Shown here in pieces: positions 38,074 through 48,050 of a stretch of DNA of 64,000 nucleotides. Source of the stretch: an uncultured Patescibacteria group bacterium (GTDB taxonomy: Bacteria > Patescibacteriota > Microgenomatia > UBA1400 > PJMF01). The translations under genes were made by a program, and so were the position numbers. The DNA is taken from positions 72,818 to 136,817 of the forward strand of contig CAJQIG010000001.1 of the NCBI GenBank assembly GCA_905478415.1, read 5' to 3'. The notes beneath the pieces were generated by a model. That model was not told the DNA's origin. It saw only the letters and a list, made by a program, of their open reading frames with translations, and did not search any database. Positions within the stretch are counted from its first letter, which is position 1. Every line of letters starts with the position of its first letter.

Positions 38074-39247
38074 TGAGGAGTGTTTCTAAAATAATTGTGG
38101 CAGATTCTTCCCAAGAAAAACGTTTTGTTTGTTTGATACCTCGCCGTTTCCAGATTAGCTTTTGTCTGGGTGTGGCAGTGTAGACTTCATACATTTTTTC
38201 TGCAATCTGAAGTGGAATAAGTGGGTCCGCCATCAATCCAGCATCGCCTACTACTTCTGGTAAACTTGTAGTTGTAGAAACTACAACTGGTGTTCCATAG
38301 TAGAGTGATTCGAGCGGTGGAATTCCAAAGCCTTCAAAAAGGCCCATTAAAGTGCTGGTAAAGGCTCCTTCATAGAGCACTTGTTTTTCTTTATCAGAAA
38401 TAAACCCGGTTTGAATAATATATTTTTTGAGGGGTGAGCTGTGCATACGCTCTATAATTGGTTCTGCCAGCCAGCCGATTTTACCAGCAAGAACAAGCTG
38501 TGGAGTCTGTTTTGAAGTGGGCTTTTGGTTTTTATCGGGCAGTGAGCGGCTTGCAACCAGCCGTGTAAACGTTTCATAGGCTTCAATCAGAGTAGTGATA
38601 TTCTTTCGTGGTTGAAGCGTGCCAACGAAAAGAATAAATGGTTTTTTAATTTTAAACTTTCGGAGTGTTTTTTTTCGAAAGTAGTTGCTTATTTTGTGTT
38701 TGGTTATGGTAGTTCCTGGGTAGGCAACAATTACATCTTCGGCCTCTCTTTGATATGAGTTAATGACACACTTTTTAGTAAACTCACTAATAGCAATAAC
38801 TTTTTTAGCAGCTTTGACACTATATTCAGTCCAGTTGGTAAGTTTTAAGGTATCTGTTTTTTTAAACTGTTCGGGGTATGAAAGGTAAGCAGTATCCATA
38901 ACTGAACTCACATACGGAATAGGACAAAAACGAGGAGCATAGTGACCAGGAGTAAAAAAAACATCATAGGTATTTTTGTGTAGAAAAAGGTGAATTGGTA
39001 AAGCCCATTGGGTCCAAAATGTCACAGGTGTAACGACTCGATAGTGCCAATTATTTCTTTCCGATGGTAAATCGGCATTTGGCTCATTAGCAAGTACTAT
39101 TGTGATACACAAATCAGTTCTCTTTTTGGTTAGGCTGTAGAGTGCTTCCAAAATTTTGAATGCATATACATTGCTACCTACACGGCTGGGAGTATTGGCT
39201 TCGTTACCATCAATGGCAATATGATAGGTTGCATTAGTAGCTATCAT
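38057..39247 (-). CDS. GT4 glycosyltransferase
   Basis: FVGTLQPRKN, EGFGIPPLE, SLPEVVG; start placed at 39247 (ATGA overlap). Confidence 0.9.
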   Translation of the reverse strand: MIATNATYHIAIDGNEANTPSRVGSNVYAFKILEALYSLTKKRTDLCITIVLANEPNADLPSERNNWHYRVVTPVTFWTQWALPIHLFLHKNTYDVFFTPGHYAPRFCPIPYVSSVMDTAYLSYPEQFKKTDTLKLTNWTEYSVKAAKKVIAISEFTKKCVINSYQREAEDVIVAYPGTTITKHKISNYFRKKTLRKFKIKKPFILFVGTLQPRKNITTLIEAYETFTRLVASRSLPDKNQKPTSKQTPQLVLAGKIGWLAEPIIERMHSSPLKKYIIQTGFISDKEKQVLYEGAFTSTLMGLFEGFGIPPLESLYYGTPVVVSTTTSLPEVVGDAGLMADPLIPLQIAEKMYEVYTATPRQKLIWKRRGIKQTKRFSWEESATIILETLLNVTKT

Positions 39248-40386
39248 TTGGTATTTTCCTGGTACTCTTTGCACACTTTTTCATAGACAGCTAGTGTTTC
39301 CTTCGCAACTCGCTTCCAACTAAACATTTGTTGACGAATAATCATGCGTTGTAAACGTTTTTGTTGGGCATCTGGTTTTTCGTTAAGTACTGTTTCCAGA
39401 CCTTTTCTAATACCTTCTATATTGAGTGGATCGACTAGTTCGGCGGCATTACCAGCTACTTCCATCATTCCTGAATTATTTGAAGTAACTACAGGTGTGC
39501 CATGATGAAAAGCCTCTAAAATTGGTAATCCAAAGCCCTCATAGAGTGAAGGATAGGCAAAGAGTTCAGCTTCACCGTAAAGAACTGAAAGTTCTTCATC
39601 AGAGACTCTTCCAAGGAATCGAAGTCCGGGCATAATCGATTTTTCCGATTCATCCCATCCAGCTGAACCAGCAATTATAAGATCAATTTCTGGTGAAAGT
39701 GGTTGCCAGGCTTGAATGAGTCGATCTAAGTTTTTTCTTGGCTCTCTTGTGCCGACAAACAATAGGTATGGTTTTTCTAAACGTAAATGAGTTTTAATTT
39801 GTTCAGCTGTTTCTTCCGAAATTGCTGCATTCACTTCTTTAACTTCCATTGGCAAGGCTTCATGGACAACGTCTACGAGGTAACTTGGATAACCTAAAAG
39901 ATCAATAATATCTTTTTTGGTTGCTCTACTGACAGCGATCAAGCGAGTTTGTCGTTCTTGTAGCAGAGACCAGGCTTTTTGATGCTGACGGAGAATATCT
40001 TTGTGAGCACTCTCAGGAAACTTTAGGATTGCTAAATCATGAATTGTTGATACTAGAGGCAGCGTGGTAACTGGTGGCTGAAGCCAATCCCAAGAATGGA
40101 AAATACTTGCCGAAGTTACTTTTGAAGAAAATGTGTTTTTTTTGAGAGTGTGCCAGAGCAACGTAAGAAGCGAGGGAGGGAAAGACTGAAACTCAGTTTG
40201 AATTGATCGATTGTAGAATTGCTTTAGAGTTTCGGCAAAGGTGATTAATTGGTTTTTTTGACGAAGCGAAGATCCATACAGAACTAGGTCATGATTTTCT
40301 TCAATCAATGCTCTCACAAGGTTACTTGTATATCGGGAGACACCACGTTTATAGATAATAGAAGTGATATCGATTGCAATGTTCAT
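39244..40386 (-). CDS. GT4 glycosyltransferase
   Basis: GVSRYT, TIHDL, VGTREPRKN, PSLYEGFGLPILEA. Confidence 0.92.
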   Translation of the reverse strand: MNIAIDITSIIYKRGVSRYTSNLVRALIEENHDLVLYGSSLRQKNQLITFAETLKQFYNRSIQTEFQSFPPSLLTLLWHTLKKNTFSSKVTSASIFHSWDWLQPPVTTLPLVSTIHDLAILKFPESAHKDILRQHQKAWSLLQERQTRLIAVSRATKKDIIDLLGYPSYLVDVVHEALPMEVKEVNAAISEETAEQIKTHLRLEKPYLLFVGTREPRKNLDRLIQAWQPLSPEIDLIIAGSAGWDESEKSIMPGLRFLGRVSDEELSVLYGEAELFAYPSLYEGFGLPILEAFHHGTPVVTSNNSGMMEVAGNAAELVDPLNIEGIRKGLETVLNEKPDAQQKRLQRMIIRQQMFSWKRVAKETLAVYEKVCKEYQENTK

Positions 40387-40391
40387 AAAAT

Positions 40392-41885
40392 TTATCTACT
40401 TTCAGATAACTGTGCTTGTGAGCGAGCGTAGACACGCACAAAACCAATATTTGGATAATCGATTTGGTCTACTTCTCTGTAACCAAAATCTTTGACTACT
40501 TGTAACAGTGTATCATGTGGATCAGTCAGAGTCCTCAAGTGATCGAAGACAAGTATGTAGTCATACTCAGTCAAATATTTCATTTTTTCTGGTAGGTCAG
40601 GAATAACATCGGTAGTCAATGCTCCGGTTGAAAAACTTGGATAGTTCGCAGAGTCATACCACCTCCATGGGGCAAAGGCCTCAGGAAATGAAAAGACAAC
40701 TACACTATTATTTGGATAAGTAGTTGTAATTTGAGTGTGGAGATCTCTCCAATTCTCTCTTTGAAGTTGAGGTTTCGTGTAGTAACTGAAGAGTGAAACA
40801 GTAGAAATGATACACAAAGTGCTCAGTCCTAAAATAGCTGATTTTTTAAGTAACAAGTCTTTTTGATTTTTTCCCCAAAGAATAAGATAGGCCAGTCCTA
40901 ATAAGAATCCCGGCTGAATAAGCAGGACTCGTTTTGGTCTGACCACTGGCACAATAAAAGAAATAATCCATGCGGTTAGTAGTGGAATAATGAACCAGCT
41001 GATGAGAATCAGCAGCTCTTTTTTTTGCCACACTTTTTTATTTTTTTTATAGTAGTTCCAACCAAGGAAAGTAAATGAAGTCACAAGAATCATTCCTGAA
41101 ATGAGAAAGAAAGCACTGGCATCTAGCAAAAGTACTCCATACACAAATTTGGCGATAGTTAGAGGAAGTGCTTTTAATTGTGGAATACTCACAACTTCTG
41201 ACCACCCGGGTAATGCAGCCTGCACCTGTTGACCTTTGGTAAGTTGTTTGAAGAAAGTTGGAAGCCAAGGTGCATAGGCAATGGCAACGACAGCGAGCGT
41301 TTTGACTAGGTAACCAAAACGTTTTTTTTCAGAAAAGAGAACATAGAAAATTTGTCCGAGTACTAAAAAGGGATACAAGTAGGATGAAAAAAGACCAAGC
41401 CAAGTGCTGACTCCATAGAGGACATAGGTTTTTAAAGGTTTTTTGTCTTGCACTGCATTCAACAGGAACCACCAAGAAAGGACTGCAAAGGCAGCTGGAA
41501 GTGCATAGGGTCTGAGTTCCTGAGAAAAATAGACATGAAAGGAGGAAATACTGAGTAAAAACCCAGCTATTAACCCAACTGAAGGTGAAAAGTATTTTTT
41601 ACCTATTTTTATGGTGTAGATAATACTGATTATTCCAGGAATAAGAGCTCCCCAAAGTCGCAGCCAAGCTTCGGCAGTAGAGATGCGCAAACTTGCAAAA
41701 GTAATCAGATGCAAGAGTGGTGGTTGAAAGTCAGCAATTATGTTGAACTGTTCACTGAGTGGGCGGGCACTCTCGAGAGCTTGCGCAGCCTCATCAAGCC
41801 AGAGTGAGCCACTCAAAAGTGGAATTCTGAGAGCGAGCCCAAGTAACACAATTGCTAGAGCTTGTTTAAAGAAGCTATGTTTCAT
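40392..41885 (-). CDS. GT-C fold (PMT-like) membrane glycosyltransferase
   Basis: SLWLDEA, QPPL, FSQELRPYAL, ENWR; multiple TM helices. Confidence 0.82.
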   Translation of the reverse strand: MKHSFFKQALAIVLLGLALRIPLLSGSLWLDEAAQALESARPLSEQFNIIADFQPPLLHLITFASLRISTAEAWLRLWGALIPGIISIIYTIKIGKKYFSPSVGLIAGFLLSISSFHVYFSQELRPYALPAAFAVLSWWFLLNAVQDKKPLKTYVLYGVSTWLGLFSSYLYPFLVLGQIFYVLFSEKKRFGYLVKTLAVVAIAYAPWLPTFFKQLTKGQQVQAALPGWSEVVSIPQLKALPLTIAKFVYGVLLLDASAFFLISGMILVTSFTFLGWNYYKKNKKVWQKKELLILISWFIIPLLTAWIISFIVPVVRPKRVLLIQPGFLLGLAYLILWGKNQKDLLLKKSAILGLSTLCIISTVSLFSYYTKPQLQRENWRDLHTQITTTYPNNSVVVFSFPEAFAPWRWYDSANYPSFSTGALTTDVIPDLPEKMKYLTEYDYILVFDHLRTLTDPHDTLLQVVKDFGYREVDQIDYPNIGFVRVYARSQAQLSESR

Positions 41886-41967
41886 AGATTCATTATATGG
41901 GTAAATAGGTTCTAGGTGAAGACAAGAAGCACTCCACCCTCAAAGTAATGTCTGCTACAATGCGGCT

Positions 41968-42942
41968 ATGCATGCATTTTTACACGAAAAAACAGTGGTA
42001 GTTACTGGCGCAGCTGGTTTTTTAGGGTCACATCTGTGTGACCGACTACTTGATGCGGGTAGTACCGTTATTGGTGTCGATAATTTTATTACTGGTAGGC
42101 GTGAAAACCTAGCACACCTAGAAAAAAACGAAGCTTTTACTTTTATTGAAGCCGATGTTAACAGTGAACCACAAAGCTATTTGAAAGATTCTATTCCGGA
42201 TGTAGTTCTCCACTTTGCTTCTCCTGCCTCTCCCCCACGCTACCAGGAACATCCAACTGAAACATACTTAGTTAACTCGTATGCAACACATTTATTACTG
42301 AGTTTTCTTAAAAAAGTGAATCCTCAGGCGCGGTTTTTATTTGCAGGAACCTCTGAGGCGTATGGCGACCCGGCCGTGCACCCACAACCAGAAACCTATT
42401 GGGGAAATGTGAATCCAAACGGTATTCGCTCTTGCTATGATGAAGCTAAGCGCATGGGGGAAACGGTCTGTGGAGTATTTCATAGAGATATGGGCATGGA
42501 TACCAGGATTGTCAGAATTTTTAATACCTATGGTCCGCGGATGAATCCGGCCGATGGACGAGTCATTCCTAATTTTGTCATGCAAGCACTTCGAGGTGAG
42601 GCTGTAACTATCTATGGAGATGGTACCCAAACCCGTTCATATTGTTTCGTTGATGATTTAGTTTCTGGTATTCTCACCTTTCTCGTTCACCCTGATTTAG
42701 CCGGAGAAACTCTGAACATTGGAAATCCTGAAGAGTTTACTATTTTAGAAACTGCTCGGGAGATTGAAAAAATCGTTGGCGAAGTAATACACACCTTTGA
42801 ATCATTACCAGGAGATGATCCCATGCGTCGTCAACCAGATATTTCAAAAGCCAAAAGATTGCTCGGCTGGGAACCGAAAGTTACTTTTGGTGAAGGTTTA
42901 CAGCAGACAATCGAGTATTTTAGAACGCAACTGGATAGTTAA
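41968..42942 (+). CDS. UDP-glucuronate decarboxylase (UDP-xylose synthase)-like SDR
   Basis: [60 protein letters not shown]. Confidence 0.88.
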   Translation: MHAFLHEKTVVVTGAAGFLGSHLCDRLLDAGSTVIGVDNFITGRRENLAHLEKNEAFTFIEADVNSEPQSYLKDSIPDVVLHFASPASPPRYQEHPTETYLVNSYATHLLLSFLKKVNPQARFLFAGTSEAYGDPAVHPQPETYWGNVNPNGIRSCYDEAKRMGETVCGVFHRDMGMDTRIVRIFNTYGPRMNPADGRVIPNFVMQALRGEAVTIYGDGTQTRSYCFVDDLVSGILTFLVHPDLAGETLNIGNPEEFTILETAREIEKIVGEVIHTFESLPGDDPMRRQPDISKAKRLLGWEPKVTFGEGLQQTIEYFRTQLDS

Positions 42943-43226
42943 TAATTTCTTTGTGAACCGTCCCGAGCAATAACTTGTTCGTTTTCCCAGTATAGTACCT
43001 GTCCATTTCGAGAAATTCCAATCGGTTGCCCCTCTTCCAATACATCATTTTCATCGACTGAGTACTCAAAGTTAGCTGGGGTAATTTGACCTCGAAAGGT
43101 TGTTGCTCCACAGAGGGTAATAAAGGCTGTACCTAACACTTCATTCTCAAAAGGGTGAGGAGAGAGTTCTATTTTTTCTGTGTCTGTTTTTCTAAACTTT
43201 GCGTACTTTTCTTTTGGTCTACTCAC
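42939..43226 (-). CDS. Hypothetical protein
   Basis: 95-aa ORF with a GTG start and purine-rich upstream sequence; follows the 43259 gene; no motif recognised. Confidence 0.55.
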   Translation of the reverse strand: MSRPKEKYAKFRKTDTEKIELSPHPFENEVLGTAFITLCGATTFRGQITPANFEYSVDENDVLEEGQPIGISRNGQVLYWENEQVIARDGSQRNY

Positions 43227-43258
43227 GGGCAGTCTTTCTTTCTATTTTTATACTCTAG

Positions 43259-44257
43259 TTAGTTAAGTGACGGATCAATTGGTTTACTAGGATCAGTTGG
43301 ATCAGTGGGTAAAATAAGATTTGCATCTTGGTCAGCTGCACTGAAGATAAGGATGGCAATACCACCAGCTTCTCGATATCCTTGGATGAGCCCTTTGACC
43401 ATTGGAAAGTTTACACTGACATGAGGAAGAAAGAGTGTTTCCATCTCTCCTCCGTCGGCTGGAATCAGCTGAAGCATAAACATGCCAGCTTCAATTCCTG
43501 CTTCAAAGAAAATATATTGTTCTCCCGAATTTAGTTCGACTCCGTAGCCATCATATTCATCGTCTTCTTCGAAGTCATCTTCGTAACCTAGGTCATCTCC
43601 ATATTCAGCATAGTATTGGTCTTCTTCGGTCCATTCGTCACCATAGTCGTTATAATCTGGGTTATCCTCATCCATGTAGGAGTTTGGATCGTCTAGTATG
43701 TTGTCGACGGTAGTGAGCATTTCGTCAATGTCATCTAAATCTTGGTAGTCTTCTGCCCATCCGTCAGAGTTGAATTCACCTGCTTTACCAGCATCATAAA
43801 TCACAATTTCTGTAGCAGTGGTGTTTGGTTTTGTCGGTGGACCAATATAGGTATCCAGTTCGGCAAACGCAGGATCTAAAAAAGCTAAGTCAAATCCAGG
43901 TGCATCTTTGTAACTAGCTTCTTTTGAAATGTGAGGTTTAACCATACCTTCGGCGGGTCCCGAATTAAATGTTTGATTTGATTTTTTGGGCTCACTCTCT
44001 TTTTCGAAGGCAGGAATGTATTGAGATCTTATCCATTCGCCATCGACTTCAGTTAAGCGATAGTGTGGCATGTGATCAGCTTTTTCAGAGTGAATAAAAT
44101 CTAGAGCCTGATTGACTTCGAGAATAATGGCTTGCAGTTTGGCCACGTAGCCAGCAGGTTTTTTTTCGTAGAGGGATTCAAGGGTGGTTAGTAATTGAGG
44201 GAGCCGCTCAGTTTTATAGTATTCTTTCAGTACTTGTAAATCTCGCTCTTGTTTCAT
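43259..44257 (-). CDS. Hypothetical protein with an Asp/Glu/Tyr-rich tract
   Basis: 332-aa ORF; a 74-aa stretch has 33 D/E and no K/R. Confidence 0.8.
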   Translation of the reverse strand: MKQERDLQVLKEYYKTERLPQLLTTLESLYEKKPAGYVAKLQAIILEVNQALDFIHSEKADHMPHYRLTEVDGEWIRSQYIPAFEKESEPKKSNQTFNSGPAEGMVKPHISKEASYKDAPGFDLAFLDPAFAELDTYIGPPTKPNTTATEIVIYDAGKAGEFNSDGWAEDYQDLDDIDEMLTTVDNILDDPNSYMDEDNPDYNDYGDEWTEEDQYYAEYGDDLGYEDDFEEDDEYDGYGVELNSGEQYIFFEAGIEAGMFMLQLIPADGGEMETLFLPHVSVNFPMVKGLIQGYREAGGIAILIFSAADQDANLILPTDPTDPSKPIDPSLN

Positions 44258-44277
44258 ATGTTTGTTTCTACTTTTTT

Positions 44278-44306
44278 ACAAAAAAAAACACCCATTTGGG
44301 TGTTAA
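44278..44306 (-). terminator. Intrinsic terminator in the leader of the 43259 gene
   Basis: AACACCCA-aa-TGGGTGTT followed by a long T run, about 20 nt before the ATG at 44257. Confidence 0.7.
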
Positions 44307-44314
44307 CGTTTATA

Positions 44315-44350
44315 CTAGGTGTTACGGTAAAATTGATACTGTTGTTCCAT
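44315..44350 (-). other. Candidate leader peptide MEQQYQFYRNT
   Basis: ATG 8 nt after TGTTATACT (with TTGAAG 16 nt upstream of the hexamer); its stop lies just before the terminator hairpin. Confidence 0.4.
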
Positions 44351-44415
44351 CTGGTAGAAGTATAACAGAGGTTGGAATTTCTTCAAGACAGCAGCAGTGT
44401 GTAACTTGAGTTCAA

Positions 44416-47400
44416 TTATTCTACTTTCTTAAAACTATAGCTCCATTTAGCAGCATTCTTTGAGAATTCAATGAACCTATCTCCAGTAGTATTTGAGAGT
44501 CCACTTGCTAAGAAAGTTATGTTGCTTCCCTCTTTCTGGTAAGAAAATTGGGCTGCTGATTGATTTGGTTTCATGTCGCCCGAAATAATATAAATATTTT
44601 TAGATGGTAACTTTTCAAGTCTTGGCAAGACTTGTTGAATCATAAAACTATCTGCACTGCTTGGTGAGTTGGATATGCTCATTTGACTCATGCTTTGTAA
44701 ATTAGCATCATATCCGACCCAGTTGGCTCGGTCGATGAAGATGAAAACTGTTGAGATAGTATCCATTTTTTCCAAATCGAGTATCTGGTTGAGAATGTAG
44801 TGCTGTTGAAGCTGGGTCGTCTCCCCTTTTTGATTAGTTGAAATAAAGAGGAAATAATCTTCAGGAGTATAGAAATGGTGATAGGCAGTTTCAAATTTCT
44901 TTTGAGGAAGTAGGTCAAAATTTCCGGGAGCAAAGAGTGTTGGTGGTGCTTCTGGAGTTTCAAGATAGAGTTGTGAGAGCGCATCGATTTGTTCTTGATC
45001 ATAGTTGTAGAGAATATCACCCGTAATGACTGAAAATTCAGCTTCTTTACCCACTTGTTTGTAAGCTGAAACTAAGGCAGAAAGTGAATGGACAGAAAGG
45101 TTTTCAGCAAAACTGAAACGTGTACTTGCAACAGTAAAGCGATAGTCTTCGGGCAGTGTTTCCAACTGTAATGGTGCATTGATTGTTTTTGGGGTTGGAG
45201 AGGTAAACGGGAGTTGCTCTCGTACTTGGTAGAGTATGCACGTATAGTTGCATCCGAGTCGGATAATATCTAGGTCAAACTCAGTATGTAAGGCTGAAAA
45301 ACTAGGTGTTGTGTTCGCATCAAGATCGAAGTTACTTGCAAAGAGAGAGTTTGATGCAAGTATTTGGTGATAGAGCGCAGTTAGGTTTTTATAACTGTGA
45401 TCTTCTTCCCAGACACTATTGGGATGGTCCATGTAGGTTTGTTCTTTTGAAAGCGGTAACAAAGTATACATGCCATTACTAAACATATCTACATAGTATG
45501 GATTCATGGCTGTAATAAGATATGGTGTTTTAGTAGGATCGAAGAATGGATTCTCACCGACCGTATTTTCGTAAAAGAAGTCATTAATTTGACTGACCGC
45601 AGTGTAGCGCCAATTGGGCTGGGTGCTTCTAAAGTTTTGAAGCGTAGTCTCTAAAGTTGTACGAGAAAGATAGGTGAAAGTAAAAAGTATGCTCGCTAAG
45701 GTAACAGTGCCTACTTTTAACATTGGGATAAAAAGATGTGTCAAGCCTTTTTGATGTTCAAACTTTTGATACAACCATTCGAGAGCAAAGGCAAATCCTA
45801 GTATAAGGAGTGCAATGAGTGCGGCTGTAGTATCTGCTACAAGTAAGGCAACAACTCCGGTAGCAATGGCACCAAATAGAGTGATGGCTCTTGATCTTTG
45901 AGTTAGAGGCAGAGTCAGTAAGAGCAAAAATAACAAGAAGATCCCTGCAGAAGGCGTACTAACAGCAGTGATAAAGGCTTGACTTGAAATTAAAAGAACC
46001 AGTGCTGTAGTACGAATAAAAGCATGTTTACTTATTTTTTTAAGGAGTTGTGTAAACATCCACAAGCTAGTTAAGGATAGAGTCAGGTTGAAAACAAAGT
46101 ATATACCTGGATTATTATAGATTTTTAGTAATGGTAGTAACAAAATTGCATATAGATCTAATCTAGCTGGGTAAACAGCGGAGCCTCTACAGAGTTCTAC
46201 CGTTCCTGTTCGCAAAAAACAACGGGCAGCTGCGATGTGTTCTGCGCCACTGGGGTTAGCCGCAAAGTTGAGCACTGCACTTCTCTCTGCAAATGGATTT
46301 TGGTACACCAAGAAGAAAAAGCAGGTTCCAAAGAGAAGTAGTACCCCATATTTGGTGACATATTTTTTAAGACTTCGTCCAAGATCTACAGCTTTTGTTT
46401 GTGCTTGCACCGGATGTGCAATATAGTAGCTGGCTAGTATAATTCCTGAGAGCGACCAAAAGGTGAAGGCAACTTTAGAAGCAGCAAAAACATCAATAGT
46501 CAGGGCATTGAGAAGCAGGCCAACTGTGCCAGCAATAAAACCAATATTCAATGTTTTAATAAGTGAGTCAGTGGCAGTAGTTGTTCGATATGCTGTTTTG
46601 AGAAGGTAGAAGACACTTCCAAAAAAAAGTATAAATCCAAGGAGACCCGTTTCTCCAAGCACGCGCAAGTAGTTATTATCAGTGCTATCTGCTTCGGTAT
46701 AGACGGTGGTATCGCCTTTTGTAAGCGTGGCATAGCCACTGCCAGTGAGTGGGTTCTTCATAAAACCTTTGAGAGCGAGTGGCCAGAGCGTGTCTAAACG
46801 AATTCCCATCGATAGACCATACTTGAGCGCATTTTCACTCCAAGTTCTTTCTTTCTCAACCAGTCGATAGGTGGTTACTCCTGTCTCAGGATCAGTGATA
46901 GCAATCTGCACTAAATCGGGGACATCTATATATACGTCATCAGGCTTTAAATTACCTTCGGGAGAACGGTTTTCACCCGGTAACTTAAGTGGTGAATTTA
47001 CAGGTAGTTTAGCATCAATTTTTAGTACAATAGCATGAACGGGAGGAACCGTTTTACTCAGTACGGCCAGACTCCTATAAAAATCTGGGGCAATAAAAAG
47101 TACCCCAAAGACAATAGTTATGCCACCGAGTAGAGAAAGAGTTGCCCACTTAAGGATAGTGGTCACAGACCGATGTGTTTCTTTAAATTTAAAGAAAAGA
47201 ACTATGGCGATGGTGACGCCATAGGCAGCCAGCGAACTTTTGCTTGATCCGGCTATCAGCAACCAAACTCCAGCAATTTGCGCCGCGATAAGGCCAATCT
47301 TTGCTCTGTTACTTTTGGTACTCAGCAGGACGGCAAATAAAAGAGGTAGCACGAGCACTAGGTAGGCAGTTAAGTCATAATGGCCGGCAAAGGTGCTTTG

Positions 47401-47961
47401 CACACGTGCAAATTCATTGAGATATAAGGCTTCACCCTTACTATATTCTCTGTTCATTGTTGAATAGAGGGGCCAGTGTAAGTATTTTTGTCCAGCACCA
47501 TAGACAGCTATGGCCAGAACAGTTGTCGCCAAGACTATCAAAAAAAGTTTAACATCACTTCTCTTTTTGATGGCACTAAAGGTAAAGAAAAAAAGTAGGA
47601 AGTATTCAATGTATCGAAAAAGATGCAAGCCACTTTTTCCAATGTGAATGAGTTGCGGAGGTATAGTGGTGGTTAAAAAGAGACCAAACAATATTGAAAT
47701 GAAGCCAACAAGTATGTAGAGTAAGATCAAAAAGGTAAGCGGTGTTTTCCATGCAATCTTTTTTCTGAGTACTTGCACAAACCAAATAATTGCTGTGATG
47801 AAGACTAAGATATCTTCGGCTCGTGCTCTAACAATATAACCAGGAAGGACATCAAAAAGTGGAATTTTGGGAAAGAGTGGAATAAAGGCAAAAAGAAAAG
47901 CTGTTGTGATTAACAGTGCAGAAGTGTCAAACCAGTGAGTTATCTTTTTGAGCGGTTGCAT
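44416..47961 (-). CDS. Three-domain fusion: O-antigen-ligase-like + GT-C-like + degenerate metallophosphoesterase
   Basis: N part aligns by eye with the 32533 protein, middle part with the 59218 protein; C part has ITGDIL, PGNFD, ISGD. Start MQPLKK at 47961. Confidence 0.8.
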   Translation of the reverse strand: MQPLKKITHWFDTSALLITTAFLFAFIPLFPKIPLFDVLPGYIVRARAEDILVFITAIIWFVQVLRKKIAWKTPLTFLILLYILVGFISILFGLFLTTTIPPQLIHIGKSGLHLFRYIEYFLLFFFTFSAIKKRSDVKLFLIVLATTVLAIAVYGAGQKYLHWPLYSTMNREYSKGEALYLNEFARVQSTFAGHYDLTAYLVLVLPLLFAVLLSTKSNRAKIGLIAAQIAGVWLLIAGSSKSSLAAYGVTIAIVLFFKFKETHRSVTTILKWATLSLLGGITIVFGVLFIAPDFYRSLAVLSKTVPPVHAIVLKIDAKLPVNSPLKLPGENRSPEGNLKPDDVYIDVPDLVQIAITDPETGVTTYRLVEKERTWSENALKYGLSMGIRLDTLWPLALKGFMKNPLTGSGYATLTKGDTTVYTEADSTDNNYLRVLGETGLLGFILFFGSVFYLLKTAYRTTTATDSLIKTLNIGFIAGTVGLLLNALTIDVFAASKVAFTFWSLSGIILASYYIAHPVQAQTKAVDLGRSLKKYVTKYGVLLLFGTCFFFLVYQNPFAERSAVLNFAANPSGAEHIAAARCFLRTGTVELCRGSAVYPARLDLYAILLLPLLKIYNNPGIYFVFNLTLSLTSLWMFTQLLKKISKHAFIRTTALVLLISSQAFITAVSTPSAGIFLLFLLLLTLPLTQRSRAITLFGAIATGVVALLVADTTAALIALLILGFAFALEWLYQKFEHQKGLTHLFIPMLKVGTVTLASILFTFTYLSRTTLETTLQNFRSTQPNWRYTAVSQINDFFYENTVGENPFFDPTKTPYLITAMNPYYVDMFSNGMYTLLPLSKEQTYMDHPNSVWEEDHSYKNLTALYHQILASNSLFASNFDLDANTTPSFSALHTEFDLDIIRLGCNYTCILYQVREQLPFTSPTPKTINAPLQLETLPEDYRFTVASTRFSFAENLSVHSLSALVSAYKQVGKEAEFSVITGDILYNYDQEQIDALSQLYLETPEAPPTLFAPGNFDLLPQKKFETAYHHFYTPEDYFLFISTNQKGETTQLQQHYILNQILDLEKMDTISTVFIFIDRANWVGYDANLQSMSQMSISNSPSSADSFMIQQVLPRLEKLPSKNIYIISGDMKPNQSAAQFSYQKEGSNITFLASGLSNTTGDRFIEFSKNAAKWSYSFKKVE

Positions 47962-48007
47962 GCTTTTTATTGTATCGTATTTATTTGATGAAATGGATCG
48001 AGATTTG

Positions 48008-48032
48008 GTGCGGGTCGCAAAGCGACCCGCAC
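48008..48032. terminator. Perfect 11-bp GC-rich hairpin
   Basis: GTGCGGGTCGC-AAA-GCGACCCGCAC downstream of the 48051 ORF; no U tail. Confidence 0.45.
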
Positions 48033-48050
48033 TGTTGGAAATGGGGAAAA

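Noticed and set aside
32533-47961. DNA similarity between the two ligase-like genes as a mobile repeat or DGR template/variable pair
   Set aside because: Similarity is patchy and follows conserved protein motifs; no reverse transcriptase in the window; best explained as old paralogy
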